A DNA stretch of 64,000 nt from Phaeosaccion multiseriatum (GCA_965112735.1 OZ218953.1:248001-312000), one strand, 5' to 3'; counted from the first letter of the stretch, positions 24,444 to 37,312 are shown. Notes: a model not told the origin generated them from the letters alone. Translations and numbers: made by a program.

Positions 24444-27400
24444 TTATCCCACCTTGATGGTGTAACTTTCGTCATCGGTATCCACGGCTTTAGCGACCCC
24501 CGCTTGCCCGGGTTCGTGTGACGCTTGCGCGCTGCTCTCTTGCGCCAGTCCGGGCTTGCTCCACGAGCTCTCCCCCGTTTCCTCGTTCCAGTAGAAAGGG
24601 AAGCCGCTCTCCGCATCCCGCGCCTCCCGCCACCCGCGTGGAAGCAGAGAACCACTTCCTCCTCCTTCTTCTTCGCCTCCTCCTCGTCCTCCTCCTCCTT
24701 GTGCTGGGACGGGCAAGAGAGTGGCGCTCAGCTGCTGCTCCTTCTGCACGAGGCGAACGAGAGCACTGCGCCTGCGCTCGTATTTCTGCACAACACAGGC
24801 GGCTCTGTGTTCCACCAGTAGCTGCTGGCTGGCCTTCCGACCCTGCCTCCCCCTCACGCCTGCTTGGATGAGGACAGCGGCTTCAGCTTCTGTGAGAACG
24901 TGCTCTTGAGCGGTTGCATCGTTGGGCGACACCCAAGAACTCTCCCCAGTGACTCCGTTGTAGTAAAATGCTACGCCGCTTTCGGGGTCGTGGGCTCGTT
25001 CCCATCCCGGAGGCAGAGGCTCGGACTCTTCGTCTTGCTGCTGCTGAGCCTGGGAGACACCGTCCATGGCTCCGTCTTTGGCTGCGTCTTTGGCGGCCTT
25101 GGTGGAGGTGGCCAGCCTGGCCAGCACAGAGCGCCTCCGCTCGAAACGCTGCAGAGTCACTGCGGCGCGCTCCTCCTCCTCCTGTCGCTGCTGCTGCTCC
25201 TGCTGTTGCTCCTGTTCCTGCTGCTTCCGCTGCTGCTCTTTCGCTGCCTTGTGCTGCTCTCTGCTTTGTCGCCTGCTTTGACTGCCGCGGGTTGCTGCCT
25301 GTATGGCCGCCGCCGCCTACGAGGGGGAACAGTGTTATGGCATGCATGTGGTGAGAAGACCGTTCATGGGGGTCAAGCCAATGCGGTGAGTCGCTCACCT
25401 GGTTTTTCTGGCTACTTCTTCTTTTCGCGGCCGCCTGGATCTTCGCAGCGGCGACGGCCTGCTCGTTCCTGAGAGTGTCGCCCTCCTCAGCCTGCCTGAC
25501 TCGCCCTTGCAGCGTCTCCTCAGCCTCTCGGCTCCTTCTCCTTCGGCGGGTCAGGGCTTGAATCTTCACGGCTGCCTGCTCCTGTTTTGCCTTCTTCCGT
25601 CTGTTCTTCTTCGTTACCGCGCCTTGAATAGTGGCTGCTGCCCGCTGCTGCTCCTGCTCCTGTAGATGCCGCTTGCTTCTTCTTCTCGCGACCCCCTGGA
25701 TCCGTCGCGCCGCGACCTCCTCCTGCTGCGCCTGCCAGTCCCTGCTGCCGCTCGTAGGCTGCTGCAGGGCCAGGTCATCGCACGAGCATGATGGGTAGGG
25801 TAATATGGGGTGGGGGCTAACACGTTACAATTCGCGAGCAAATGACAACTTTGTGATGGCACGCACCTTGTTGTCCCGCACCGAGCGGCTCCTCCTGCGT
25901 GCGAGTCCCTGTATCTTGGCTGCGGCGCGCTCCCTCTCTGCCCTCACGAGCAGTCTGCGCTTCCTCTGTGCTGCTTGTATCCGAGCCGCTGCCTGCTCTT
26001 GCTTGGCCAGCTGCTTTCTCCTCTGTCTGCTCAAGGCCAGACCTTGTATCTTGGCGGCTGCGCATTCTCTTTGCGAAGTCTCTCGGCGCTGCTGCTGCTC
26101 TCGGTAGCTCTGCCTCCGTCTGGCCACGCCTTGGATCTTGGCGGCCGCTCGCTCGCGCTCGGAGGGGGCTTGAGCGCTGCTGGAAAGTCCCACGGAGGAT
26201 GGGTCTCCGTCAACAAGCGCGGGTTCGAACATGCATTTGAATGCGATATCGCACTTTCCTGATGGGCCAGCAGCGCTGATAGTGTCCGCCTGGACGCACA
26301 GCAGCACCCACTCGCTCCCGCCCCTCGCGCTTTCGATGCAGACTCGGGCCATGCGGGGGCCAGCAACGGTGGTAGAAGCAAGGAGTGAATCCTTGCCAAT
26401 GCCCTCGTCCCAAACCTCTACCGTCAGACCTTGAGCGAGTAGGCAGGCACCAGACAGGAGCTGCGAGTCACTACCTAGCTCGAGGTCTTCCTCCGGCCAT
26501 TGCGCGTCTTCGCTGGCGTCTTCCAGTACGCTCGTCTGCACCACATCCGCGGCACAGCCAATGGCGACATACGGGTCCAACCCGCCGCTCTTGGTGGGCA
26601 AAGCACGCACCTCCACCTCTGAGAAGCGCAGCACTCCATGAGCGTCTCGCAGTAGGGCCGCCTCCTCGGGGGTGCACAACGGCGCAGCAGGAGCAATAGG
26701 AGCAGCAGCAGGAGCAGCAGTAGGGACTGCAGCACTCGCACCCAGAGAGGGTTCCGAAGGTGCCGCACCACTACCACCCGTCGCTTGGCTCCCGGCAGGC
26801 GAGCAAGGAGCCGTCGACCTCCCCTCCTCGCTCAGCGCACTGCCCTTCCTTTCGACATCTTTATCCAGGTGGAGGAGCGAGCCTTCCACCTCGCGCCCCC
26901 CTTTACCCATACCAGTTGCTTCTTTCGCGTCCTTCTCTTCAATGTCATTTTCGTATTCCTCGTCCTCGTCCTCGTCCTCTTCCTCCCCCACCCCCTCCTC
27001 TTGGTGCTCTCCCCCCTTCTCCTCCTTCGCCTGCTGCTGCGGCTGCTCCTTCTCCTCCTCCTCCTCCTCCTGCTCCTCCTGTCGCTCCTCATTCTCCTCC
27101 TCATCCTCCTCCCAGTCCTCCTCCTCCTCCTCCTCCTCCTCCTCCTCCTGTGCCTCCTCACTCTCCTCCTGTTCCTCTTTCTCCTCGTGTTCCCCCCCGT
27201 GCTCTTCCTCCTCCTGCTGCTGCGTGTCTCTCCCCTGTTTTCGTGCTGCTGTATCGTCTGAGGAGGAGCTTCCTCGCTCTCCTGATATCCCATTGTTCCA
27301 ATCCTTAAGCTTCCTCAGCATCTTTAGGCGATGCGGCCGGAAATTTATCCCTATATCTGCTTGTGCAGAGGGGGGGAGGGGGAGAGGGAGACATTACATG

Positions 27401-28514
27401 CAGAACCGTTCCGGTGGGTGCTAGATTGAAAGGAGAGGCGTCAACACCTCGTACCTCTAAGGTCCTCCTCTGTGCAGACAAGCAAGTCTTGCAAGCGCAC
27501 GCCCCTTGTCAGTATTGCCGAGGCGTACTGCTCGAGTTCCCAGTCCTTCAGCAGCCGCATGAGGTGCTTCTGGGCGTTGCGCCCCCTCCCTGTCGCGCGT
27601 CCTTCCCCGCTCTTGTCCTTCTTGCCTCTCATGTCTGCCCGGACCCTCCCCAGCAGGAGCGCAGTCTCTCGCTCCAGCCAGGCGATCTGAGGAGTCCTCC
27701 AGGCGTCGGGCGAAGTGGGGGATGCTGAAGCCATGTCCAGCCCCGAGCCATCCCACGCAGAGGGGCCATCGAGCTGCGTAGTGGTGGTGATCAGTAGCTG
27801 CTCTTGCCCTTGTTGCTGCTGCTGCAGCTGCTCTGGCTGCTGCTGCCGCAGGGCGGCGGCGTCATAGTGCAAGAGGTGGTGGTGATGGTGGTGATGGTGG
27901 TGATGGTGGCTATGCCTTGTGCTCAGAGGCCGAGCGCGCAGGGCACTGGAGCGACCCGCAGACACGCTGCGCTTTCTTCGAGCTGTCGGACTGCCCCCGC
28001 GTGCTATTTGTCGTCCGTCTCGTGTGGCAGACCGAACAGACCCTTGCGCAACACTGTGGGTGCCGTCGAATGCAATTTGCTGCTGCTGCGGGGGAGAGTG
28101 GCTCTCCACTCCTCCAGAGGGCAAACCGGAGGAGAAAGGCCGCCGAGAAGAAAAGGAAGACGAGGGCCTCGGCCGTCGCCGTCCTCCCCTCTCCTCCGGC
28201 CCCGCCGAGAAGACCAGAAAGGAGCGAGTGTCTGAAACACGCGAGGGACAAAATGTCAGAGACAGTCACGACGCAAGAGAAAGGGTGCACGTCACCGAGC
28301 TCCTACCAGGGGAGAGGCTTGCTGCCGCAGTGTAGGCCGCATCATTCGTGCGAATCTGGGCTCACAACATGACGTGGGGCAAGAGTGAGTGAGAGTGTCA
28401 GCGGTGATTTCTCTGGCCTATCCGACTCACCTGGATCCTCTCCGACCACACTTTGGCCTTCTTCATCCCGCGACAACGCGTCTCATCCGCACGCTTGACC
28501 GGGCTGGTGCTCAT
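24444..28514 (-). CDS. Multidomain protein: SAM, acidic region, C2, multiple IQ motifs, two WW domains
   Basis: SAM: LLKDWELEQYASAILTRGVRLQDLLVCTEEDL...IGINFRPHRLKMLRKL. C2: GGLDPYVAIG...VQTSVLED...LTVEVWDEGIGKDSLLA. IQ: AAAKIQGxARRR, repeated. WW: LPPGWERAHDPESGVAFYYNGVTGESSWVSP and LPRGWREARDAESGFPFYWNEETGESSWSKP. Both gene ends are approximate. Confidence 0.8.
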
Positions 28515-28700
28515 CTCGATTCTCCCAGGGCTGCTCCGAGTTCTTTACATAGGCGGCAACCCCCCTCAAAAAAAAAAAAAAAAAAAATTCAAATGTAACG
28601 CCATCCTTTTTCGTTCATCGCGTTCCATTCGTGAGAGGCATCCCATCATCATGCCTCAGAGCCTTAAATCCAGCTTTGCCCATTTCCTAGGTTACACTAA

Positions 28701-30506
28701 CTAGTATATGTCCCAAAGACTGACACGACAATCCTTCGACGCCACTGAGAAAAGGCCCTGCGGTTGCTTAGCTCCCTCGTGCGGCACCCCGGCAGGAGGA
28801 GACATGCCCCCTGCCCCCACCCCTGCAAAGGCGATGGCGTAGATGCTCTCCTCGTGATGCTTGAGGACGGCAAGCGGCTTGAGCTGCTGGAGATCGAACA
28901 GCCGCACACGGTGGTCCCAGCCCCCCACCGCGAAGAGCCGCTGGTCGGGCCGTATCTCCACACAGGCGCAGCCCGGCCGGCTTTCACTCAAAGGGAAGGC
29001 CTTGACCACGTCGAGCTTGCCCTGTGAGAGAGACGGCAGGGTTGGGCAGAGTGAGACGACTCCGGGTACTCAATCGTGGTGGGCGGGGCGGACGAGCAGG
29101 GCGCAAAGTGTGTACAATACCTTCTGCATGTCGAGCTTGAAGGCCTGCACGTCTCTCCCCGCACACCCCGATACGCCTTTCCGAGTCTTCCTGTCGACGT
29201 CGAGACACAGCGCTGCAGAGCAATAGAGCACCATGCATTGGGTGGGGGAGGAGCGACATGAACGTGAGAAGCGAGCGTTGCAACACGTGCTACAGCGACG
29301 GTACGCACTTGGCTCTTTGTGGATCCTCTGGTGAATGAGGGGCCTGCGCGTGCTGCGCATGTCATGCACCACCACAGAGCCGTCCTCGTAGCCCGCCACC
29401 GCCAGCAGGCTGTTGCTGCCGCCGCGGCCCACGGGGGAGGCGCCCAGCAGCCGGCAGCACATGACCATGCCTGCAGTCGATGGGAAGGACGGTGGGACAG
29501 GGGAAGTAAGTCAACAACCTCATCAGTACTACTGCTGCTGCTGCTGCTACCGGACCTTGTTTGGCCTCGTGTGGGGGCAGCAGTAGGGGCGAGACTGGAT
29601 TCTCTCCGCTCTCGCGCACGTCCACGAGGCGCAGTCTGCTGTGGTGTTCGTCAGGCAGCAACAGCATGTGCTCGGCCAGGGAGCCGGACGAGCCATTCTC
29701 CTCCTCCTCCCGTGCGCGGCCATTCTCCTCAGATTGGCTCTTTGCATCTCCCACACCCACGCCCTCTTCTCCCATACATGTTGCTGCGCTGTTCTGTGCT
29801 TTCCACCGAACCGTGGCCATTTGACAAAAGTGGAAGGCCCCCGTACGTATTGTCATGAGGGGTGTCTGCGGCGGCTGCTGAGGATCCGCCCCACTGGCGA
29901 GGACACGCTCCATGTCCCACAGCTTTACCAAGCCGTCGCGGCCCTGGCTACGCATCGGGGTCAGGGACCAATTCGTATACAGGGAAAGGGAGGAGCTAGT
30001 AAGCGCTAGCAGGAGGGGGGAGAAGTCGTGCTTCCCCCTGTTCGTCTGCCAAAACAAGCGGAGACGCTTCGCCCCACTTGGTCTCTGAGCTACTCGTCCT
30101 CGATGAAAGTGGGGCGTCCCCGCTGCCTGTACAAGTTAGCACGCACCTGACGATCTTCCCTCCCAGCTCGTCGACCCTCAGCACTCCGGTTTTGTGCGCA
30201 GGAAATGAAGCCACCTTTTGGGTGTGTGTGTAGAGGTATAAGGATTGGGAACCCGAGAAGAATACATACATAGGAGCAGGTCGAAACTTAGCAAAAGACT
30301 GACCTTCCGAAACTTAGCAAAAGACTGACCTTCCTACGCCGCTGAAAGTCCCAAACATGGACAGTGCCGTCCGGAGACCCAGTGAGCAGCAGGCCCCGAG
30401 GTTGAGTCCACCAGAGGAGAGTTTGAGAGACCGAGTGACCGCGAAGCACCGAGAAAGGGGTGGGCTTTTGCTGCTGCCGATGCTGCTCCTGTTCGAAGGA
30501 GAGCAT
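28701..30506 (-). CDS. GNB1L: WD40 protein GNB1L/ASA1/DSE1-like
   Basis: PFSVLRGH, SQGRDGLVKLWD, TGAFHFCQ, GMVMC, AGYEDGSV, IRPDQRLFAVGGWDHRVRLF, KPLAVLKHH and SKDCRVSLWDIY*. Confidence 0.85.
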
Positions 30507-30873
30507 CGGTTCCTCAAAGCCCTTATGAAACCCTTAAAGAAACAACTGTCAAGGGGGGGAGAGGGGGGCCATCTCTCCTTACGGGAGCTCCTCTGCTGGC
30601 CTACCTTACGTGAGCTCCCATCTCTTCCTCCCCCTCTTCCCTCTACTATCCTAAGAGGTGAAACTTGGTGGATCTTAGGTTACAAGGCTGTGGAGGAGGA
30701 GACAAAGAGGAGTGGAGGATAGGAGACAACCAAAACGAGAAAAAAAAAAGAAAAAAAAGGCAAATGGACGTGTTTCTCATCCAAAAGTCACAGATGGCCT
30801 GCCGATTACACAAACCCGCGTAAATAGGATAACCCCCCCCCCCGCACACTCAAGCACTCTCTCATCTTAGAAG

Positions 30874-33058
30874 ATGGGGGGCGGGAAGGACAAAAGAGGG
30901 AGGAGTAGGAGCCCTCGTCGTGGATTCCACGACTCGAGAGAAAGGGATGGCCGCAGAGGAGGTGAGAGCCGCATTCTACCTGAGGGTGTCCCTTTTTCAC
31001 CCCTCCTCCTCCTCCTCCTCCTCCTCCTCGTTCTCTTTTCCACTCTCCATCCCCCTTTCTCTATTGCACCACACTCGTGCCTTCTATTGTCCTTTCTTGA
31101 TTGGCGTCTTTGGATGCCTTGCACAACAGTCGAGAGTCGCAGGGATGGCGAGAGCTTAATCACGCGAGGCGGTGTGCTACTTGAGGGGCTCAGGGAGGGC
31201 ACCACACGGACTATGGTTTGTGCTGATTGGATGTGGAGTCGAGGTGTCTTTTGTGGTGTTCCTCTGCTCCTGCTGCTTTCCACCGCTGCTTGTCGGCAAT
31301 CTGAGCAGCAGGAGCATCAGCACCAGCAGCCACAGCATCAGCGCCAGCAGCGCCAGGCCTTGCGTCTGCCCACTTCCTTTTTCCTCACCTCCACGCTTGC
31401 AAAAACCTCCACACGTTCGCACGCACGCACGCACGCACGCATGCTGCTGGCCCGGCGGGTGGGCCTACCTTTGTCTCCTCGCTGCTGCCCACCGCCTCGC
31501 ATAGGTCAAGGCCGCGCTGCGGGACTTTGCCGTTTTGTCTGTGCGCCTACCTGAGGGAGAGGGGGAGCCCGGAGAGGTATTTTCGGCGCGAGAAGCGACG
31601 GCGGAGGTGGTGCTCGCCGAGGACACAGCACGTGACGTCCTCAGTGCCTATGGTGAGTCCACGGTGCGGCGCACGGCAGTCAAAGTCAAAGCCAAAGAAA
31701 GGTCTCGCTGCTGCTACTACTGCTGTTCCTACTTCTGCTGCTGATGGCCCCTCCCTATGCTGCTGCCTCTCGCAGGGCCTTGTGGGATAGAGACATTGCG
31801 CGTGTTCGACACCGTCGTGCGCGTGTCTGCCTTGAAGCCCCGCCGATCCGAAGACGGCAGCAAAGACAGCAGCGGTAGTAGTAGTGTACGTAGGAAGCGG
31901 AGCCGGAACTTTTCCCACGGCACCAAGGAGGACAGCGGCCGCGAGGACCGGCGATGCGAGGACCGGCGCATCATCGAGCCCTACAGCGACGACATCTACG
32001 AAGGGCTACACGAAGGGGAAGGGGAAGGGCCGCGCAGAGACGAGCTGTGGGACAGGGGGGAGGACCACGAGGCCAGCGGCTGGAGTGCCAGAAAAGCAGA
32101 CTGGCTGTGTGGAAAGGTGAGTGAGAAAGGCGGAGCTCCTCGCACCCATGTTTTCCCCGCTGACACGACGTCCCGCTCTCGCTTGCTCTTGTCCGCTCTG
32201 TGCAGTGCTCCACGCACAACTTCTCCCGCCGCTCCGAGTGCTTCACCTGCGGTGTCCCCCGGGGCACAGACTCCCAACCCGTACGACGCGGGGACTCTCC
32301 CTCGTCGCAGCTCGTGTCTCTGGTGCCCACCAACGTGCTCATGCTTCAGTCTCTCTCCGTGCACTCCACCGCGGATTCCATCCGTACAGAGCTCAAGCAG
32401 TTCGCCCCCATCAAGGACGTTCGACTGTTGACTGACCCACAGTCAGGCGCTTCACGCTGCCTGGCCTTTGTGGAGTTCGGCAGCGAGCAGCACGCACAGC
32501 ACACGCTGGAGAAGAGTTCGGGGAGGGACGGGAAAGTCAAAATCGGCTCCAGACTTGCCCGAGTGGACTTTGCGTGTCTACAACCGGGGGTGGCGGGCAG
32601 CAGCGGCGGCAAGCAGGGGCAGACTCTCTTCACGGCAACCGGCCTGGAGACGGCTCAGCTGGTGCTGGAGGTGCAGGATCAGGTGCAGCGGCAGCTCCAC
32701 GATCAGGCGGTGGCTCAGCACATGCAGGCACAGGCGGAGCGCATTTCGTCTGCCACGGAGCAGGCCAGCCGCGCCAGAGAGAAGCAGGCAGAAGCAGGTG
32801 AGAAACAGGGTGGAGGGAGCTGGGCTGTTGTGTCGCACTCAGGGTCGGAAAGTTGAGGAACCGAAGGGACATATTGGGGAGTAACCCATACACACGCTCA
32901 TTCGCGCTTGCATTTTTTGCTTGGTACTTCCTACTTGCTTGAAGCCAAAGCGGAGGAGAAGGATGAGGAGTCGCTGGCGGCCATCGCGGCTGCGAAGGAG
33001 CGCAAGAGAAAGCAAGCCGTGGAGGGACAGTCTCAGGTCAGTATGTGTGTATATGTAT

Positions 33059-33094
<36 letters not shown>

Positions 33095-34098
33095 GTGCGC
33101 TCTCTGCACCCTCCGTATTGCGCCCGCGGCGTCTCCTGTCTCAGCTCGCATTGCCCCGTCCTCCCCTCCCTTCATCTCACCTCTCCTCTCCTCCCCTCCC
33201 CTAAATGCGTGTGGCGCAGTGGCCGCGGGTGTTCGAAGAGGCAGGGGCGGCGTACATGTTCGACACGTCCAGCGGCTACTTCTTCGACAGCATGGCCTCC
33301 ACGTACTTCGACCCCAAGACCAAGCTCTACTACAAGGGTGGGGCGTGGCTGCAGCACCGCAAGGAGGGGAACCCGCCCTTCGCCCCTGCCGTAGCGCCAG
33401 GAACGGTGGGTGGGGCGGGCGATGGAGCCGGCACTGCGCCTCAGCAGGTACATTCACAGGAGGCACAGCAGCAGCAGCAGCAGATCCAGCAACAGCAGCA
33501 GCAAATCGACTCCCCTCTGGTGCCGATCCAACAGCCTGGTGGGCAGTCGGACCAGCAGCGGGAGTCTGCCCGAGCCAAAGCCGTGGTCAAGGCAGCGCTC
33601 AAGGCCAAGCCCATCTCGTTTGCCGTCAAGCTCGGGACCGGAGCCGTATCGGGGGGAGGAGCAACAGGGTTGGGAGGCAGCAGCAGCGCCACGGGGCGGC
33701 CCAAACAGCAACAACAGCAGCAACAGCAGCAGGCGAACCCGCTCCTCGCCGAAAAGAAGCGTACGAAGGACATTAGCAAGTGGAACAACCGCAGAGACGA
33801 GCCGGACACGCCGAGCTACAAGGAGCAGCAGCAGGAGAAGAAGAGGAAGCAAAGGCTCCTCGAAAAAGAGCAGCGCGCGAGAATGGAGACTGTGCCGGGG
33901 GGGGGGACGGTGCTGTCGCGCGGCATGGCAGGCACCGCCGCTGCTCGGCCCGGCCAGCAGCAGCCACCGACGCAGACACAGCAGGTGGTGGCGTGCTTGC
34001 TCTGCCAGAGAGGCTTTGCGTCACCTGAGCAGCTGGCGAAGCATGAGGCCAAGAGTAAGCTGCACAAGGAAAACCTCAAAAAGGCCAGGCAGCGATGA
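30874..34098 (+). CDS. RBM5/RBM10/SUA-like RNA-binding splicing regulator (RRM, RanBP2 ZnF, RRM, OCRE, C2H2)
   Basis: RS-like N-terminus. RanBP2 finger DWLCGK|CSTHNFSRRSECFTC. RRM PTNVLMLQSL...CLAFVEF. OCRE YMFDTSSGYFFDSMASTYFDPKTKLYY. Also KDISKWN and C2H2 CLLCQRGFASPEQLAKHEAKSKLHKENL. Confidence 0.85.
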
Positions 34099-34302
34099 CG
34101 GCTCTGGGCCGCAGCCTAAGTCGTATCGTAGTACATAATAAAAAAACGTATCATTGATTGGTGTCGTGTTAGGCCCCTCACTAACGAGGCATTTTGCTTA
34201 CTCCACCCACCGGGACCTTCAGTAGCATTATTAAACCGAGGAAAGAATCAAGATATCTTTGTGTAACCTTCATTCTCTCTCCGCTCCTGGCCGCCCAAAG
34301 CG

Positions 34303-34976
34303 CTAGCGAGCCGCCCCTGGCTCTCCTGTCCGTGCACCTGCCACCCTTAGAGGCGCCGATCCTGCCCCTGCCTTAGATGTGGTTTTCTCCCCCGCCAAAG
34401 CTATTTGCATTTCGATCAACTGCTCCTCTCCTTCATTGTTCACTGAAATCTTTACAGGCCCGCCCACCGGAATGTATTTCTGGAAAAGCGTGAGCAAAGG
34501 GTTAAGGCAGGCATACCAAAGGGGGGGGGGGGGGGAGGGAGCGAGGAAGAGAGAAAGTGAGAGGGAGAGGGGACGGGTTCAGAGAGGAAAGCCCGACCAG
34601 TACGGTGATGAATCACCCCTCACCTTGACGCAATCCAGCACGTCCCTCTGCATCTTCTCCATAGCCTCCTCCGAGAGCAGCGCATTTCCCCTTTGGTGGG
34701 CGAGGATGATGCTAAAGGATCGAGGACGGGAGAGGGGCGAGGAGCAAGGCGAGCAAGGTTAGCAAGCCCTGCAAGGCGATGAAGAACATGTGTCTGCCAC
34801 AGACAACCCCTTGCGACCCCACACATGCACACACAGACACATGCACATACACACAGAGATACACACAGAGACACACACACATACCTGAGCCTTTCCTTCG
34901 CGACCCTGCCTGAGGCTGAAGCGCCGCCTGGCTGCGCCCTCCCAAACAAGTTGGAGAGCTTCCCCACCCAGCTCAT
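34303..34976 (-). CDS. minE: MinE cell-division topological specificity factor (organelle division), 3 exons
   Basis: Exons 34976-34885, 34711-34624 and 34479-34303 splice in frame to MSWVGKLSNLFGRAQPGGASASGRVAKERLSIILAHQRG...MEKMQRDVLDCVKKYIPV...IEMQIAL. This contains the MinE hallmarks AKERL-x-II-x-A and KY(I/V). Confidence 0.88.
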
Positions 34977-35346
34977 GGTGAGCGTGCCCCTGCTTTCCCT
35001 TTATTCTGTTTCGTATTACAGATAGATCAGTTTCCTCTAGAAGGAGAACACCCCTACCACTACCACACCCCCCCCCCCCGTTTTGTTTTGTTTTTGATCT
35101 CTTCTCCGACAGAGAGCTTGATTTTCGTCGTCGAGGCGCAAAGAGCTAAAGGTTAAACTTAAGGGAAGGTATTTGTGATTCTTTTATAAGCCAGGTGGAA
35201 GAGAGGTGGAGTGGAGAGGCAGAGGGTATATTATATAAGAGGGAGTGGGAGGGAAAAAAAAAAAAGAGAAGGGAGGAAGCCAATTGTGAGTTGAGGGACC
35301 AACACGCGAGAAAAGCTGTCACAGAAACTTAGTTGAAAGAAGGAAA

Positions 35347-36984
35347 ATGACACATCCCCCCCCCCCCAATAGCAGCATTAACAGCAGTAGTAGAAGCAGA
35401 AGAAGCAGAAGTAGCGGTGGTAGGCGCGGGAGGGCGCTCGCGCTGGCCCTTATTGCTCTGTCGGGACACCCCACCACGAGCTCAGCCTTCCTCACACCGA
35501 GCTGCTCGAGCAGAGCGAGTCCGTCGAGGACGAGACTGAGTGCGCTACTCTCACCGGATGACCTAGCCGCGCTGCAGGGCAACCTTTTCCCGTCAGGGAC
35601 AGATGGGCTGCTCGGTCGGTACTTGGGGAGAAAGTCTTCAGTCTGTCTGTACGGGTACCGACCCCTTCTCCCCTGCTACTCCTTCTGTTGAGCCTCCCCG
35701 ATTAAGGGGGCTGCTTTTGAGTGGGGAAAACCCGATTCTAACCCCAGTATTCGGACCTTTCCTCCTCGCACGTAGGGCCCAAGGGGAAGGGAAGCGGCAT
35801 GCCCGGGGAGTCCAAGATTTATATTGGGGCCAAGATTGACGTTGGTCATCCCGAAGAAATCGTTGGAATCTGGCAGGTACGGTGAAGGGTGTAGGGTGTG
35901 AGTCGGAGGAGACTGTCGTTGTCGCCGTCGTTGCTCGCTCGCCTGACCGATACTTTATAGATATCAAGATCCCCGCTGCGCTCACCTTGCTCGTTCTTCC
36001 CCCCACACCAGATATACAATGCCCTGACGTCGTCGGCTCCAGGCCTTGTGAATGACCAAGAGAAGGAGGTGTCAGACAGACTCGTTCTCAGGGCAGACGG
36101 ACAGGTGAGGCTTGTGCCGGGAAGGGAAGAGGAAGGGGGGGTCTTTCTTGACACTCAGCCTGCTGCTGCTGCGTGATGCAACTCAGGTGGTGGGAGGGCC
36201 CTCGGTCGACAACTATTTCAACAGCTGGAGCGACCCAGATGGTCTAAAGGCAAGGGGTGGCAAGTGGGAGATCTGGAGGGATGAACAGGATCGCCCTAGG
36301 TTGGCGCTGAGTCTCGCCATGGAGAGGAATTCGGCTGGAGACACATCCCGTGAGCTGCTCCTCGACGGGAAGGTGGTACTAGTTAGGTAAGGAGATCCTC
36401 TTTCTTTCGTCCCACAGCTTCACTGCTCTTCTCGTCGACCCTTCACTGACTTTCTTCCCTCCTCCCCCCCCTTCGCACACACCCCGCCCTCCGCCCCCCC
36501 CCTCACCTCTTTCGTTAACGTGTTTGTTTAGAGAGCATAACCCCTACGAAGGTTAGTTCAACCAGTTCAATGGCCGAGAGGGTGAAGGGTGTGTGATCTT
36601 GTGGAAGATCGGCTCACGCGTACGTCCTCCCCTCTCCTCTTCGCCCCCTCTGCTCAACACTGTCACAGGGAAGATGGAACTGATCGCCCGCTCGTTTGGG
36701 AGGGTGACGGAGACTCACCAAGACACCGACAGCGGCAAGGACAGGGACTACCAAGTGGGGTCGTTCAGCATGTTCAAGGTACGAAGGGGAGGGCCTCCTT
36801 CCTGCCTTCCTGCCTGCCCGGCTTACCTGCACCCTCCCCCCCTCGGTCCCTCTCCCGTGCCTGCCCTCTTAAGCTCAACACGAAGGGCAAGGAGTTCATC
36901 GCCTCTGTGGGCTCTCCCACCATCCGACCCGACACGCAGAGGGATGGAGACCAGGGCCCGAAGCCGTATCAAGGTGTTTTCTGA
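35347..36984 (+). CDS. Putative plastid-targeted protein of unknown function (multi-exon)
   Basis: Hydrophobic ALALALIALSG, then SSA|FLTP and a Ser/Arg-rich transit-like peptide (ASAFAP-type bipartite signal). Several GT-AG-bounded exons; the last ends ...PYQGVF*. Confidence 0.6.
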
Positions 36985-37312
36985 GCCACGAGTAGTTTTC
37001 GTAGTCGTACAAGACGCAAGCTGTCTTCGGCAATTTTGCTGAGCAACATGATATTGTATATAATTGCACTTGAGGAAGGCGATTTGTCACTCGCAAGTAA
37101 AGGCAATTCCATGCCTAGAGCCTTTCCTTTCCCCTCTCCGCACTATTCGGAAGTGTACCCTCTGGGAACGTGCAGGCATGACAAGAAGGAGAGGCAAAAC
37201 AGACCGCACCCTCCTCCTCAGCCACAGCGAAAGGCCTGCCCCTGCCCGGGCTGCAACTTGCTCTAACAAGGCCCACCGGCTCAGTAGCCCAGTGCCTCAA
37301 TGCCTCTCCCCT

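Noticed and set aside
28430-28514. MEIG1-like motif (KKAKVWSERIQ) in the first exon of the SAM-C2-IQ-WW gene
   Set aside because: The similarity is only ~10 residues and does not continue convincingly.
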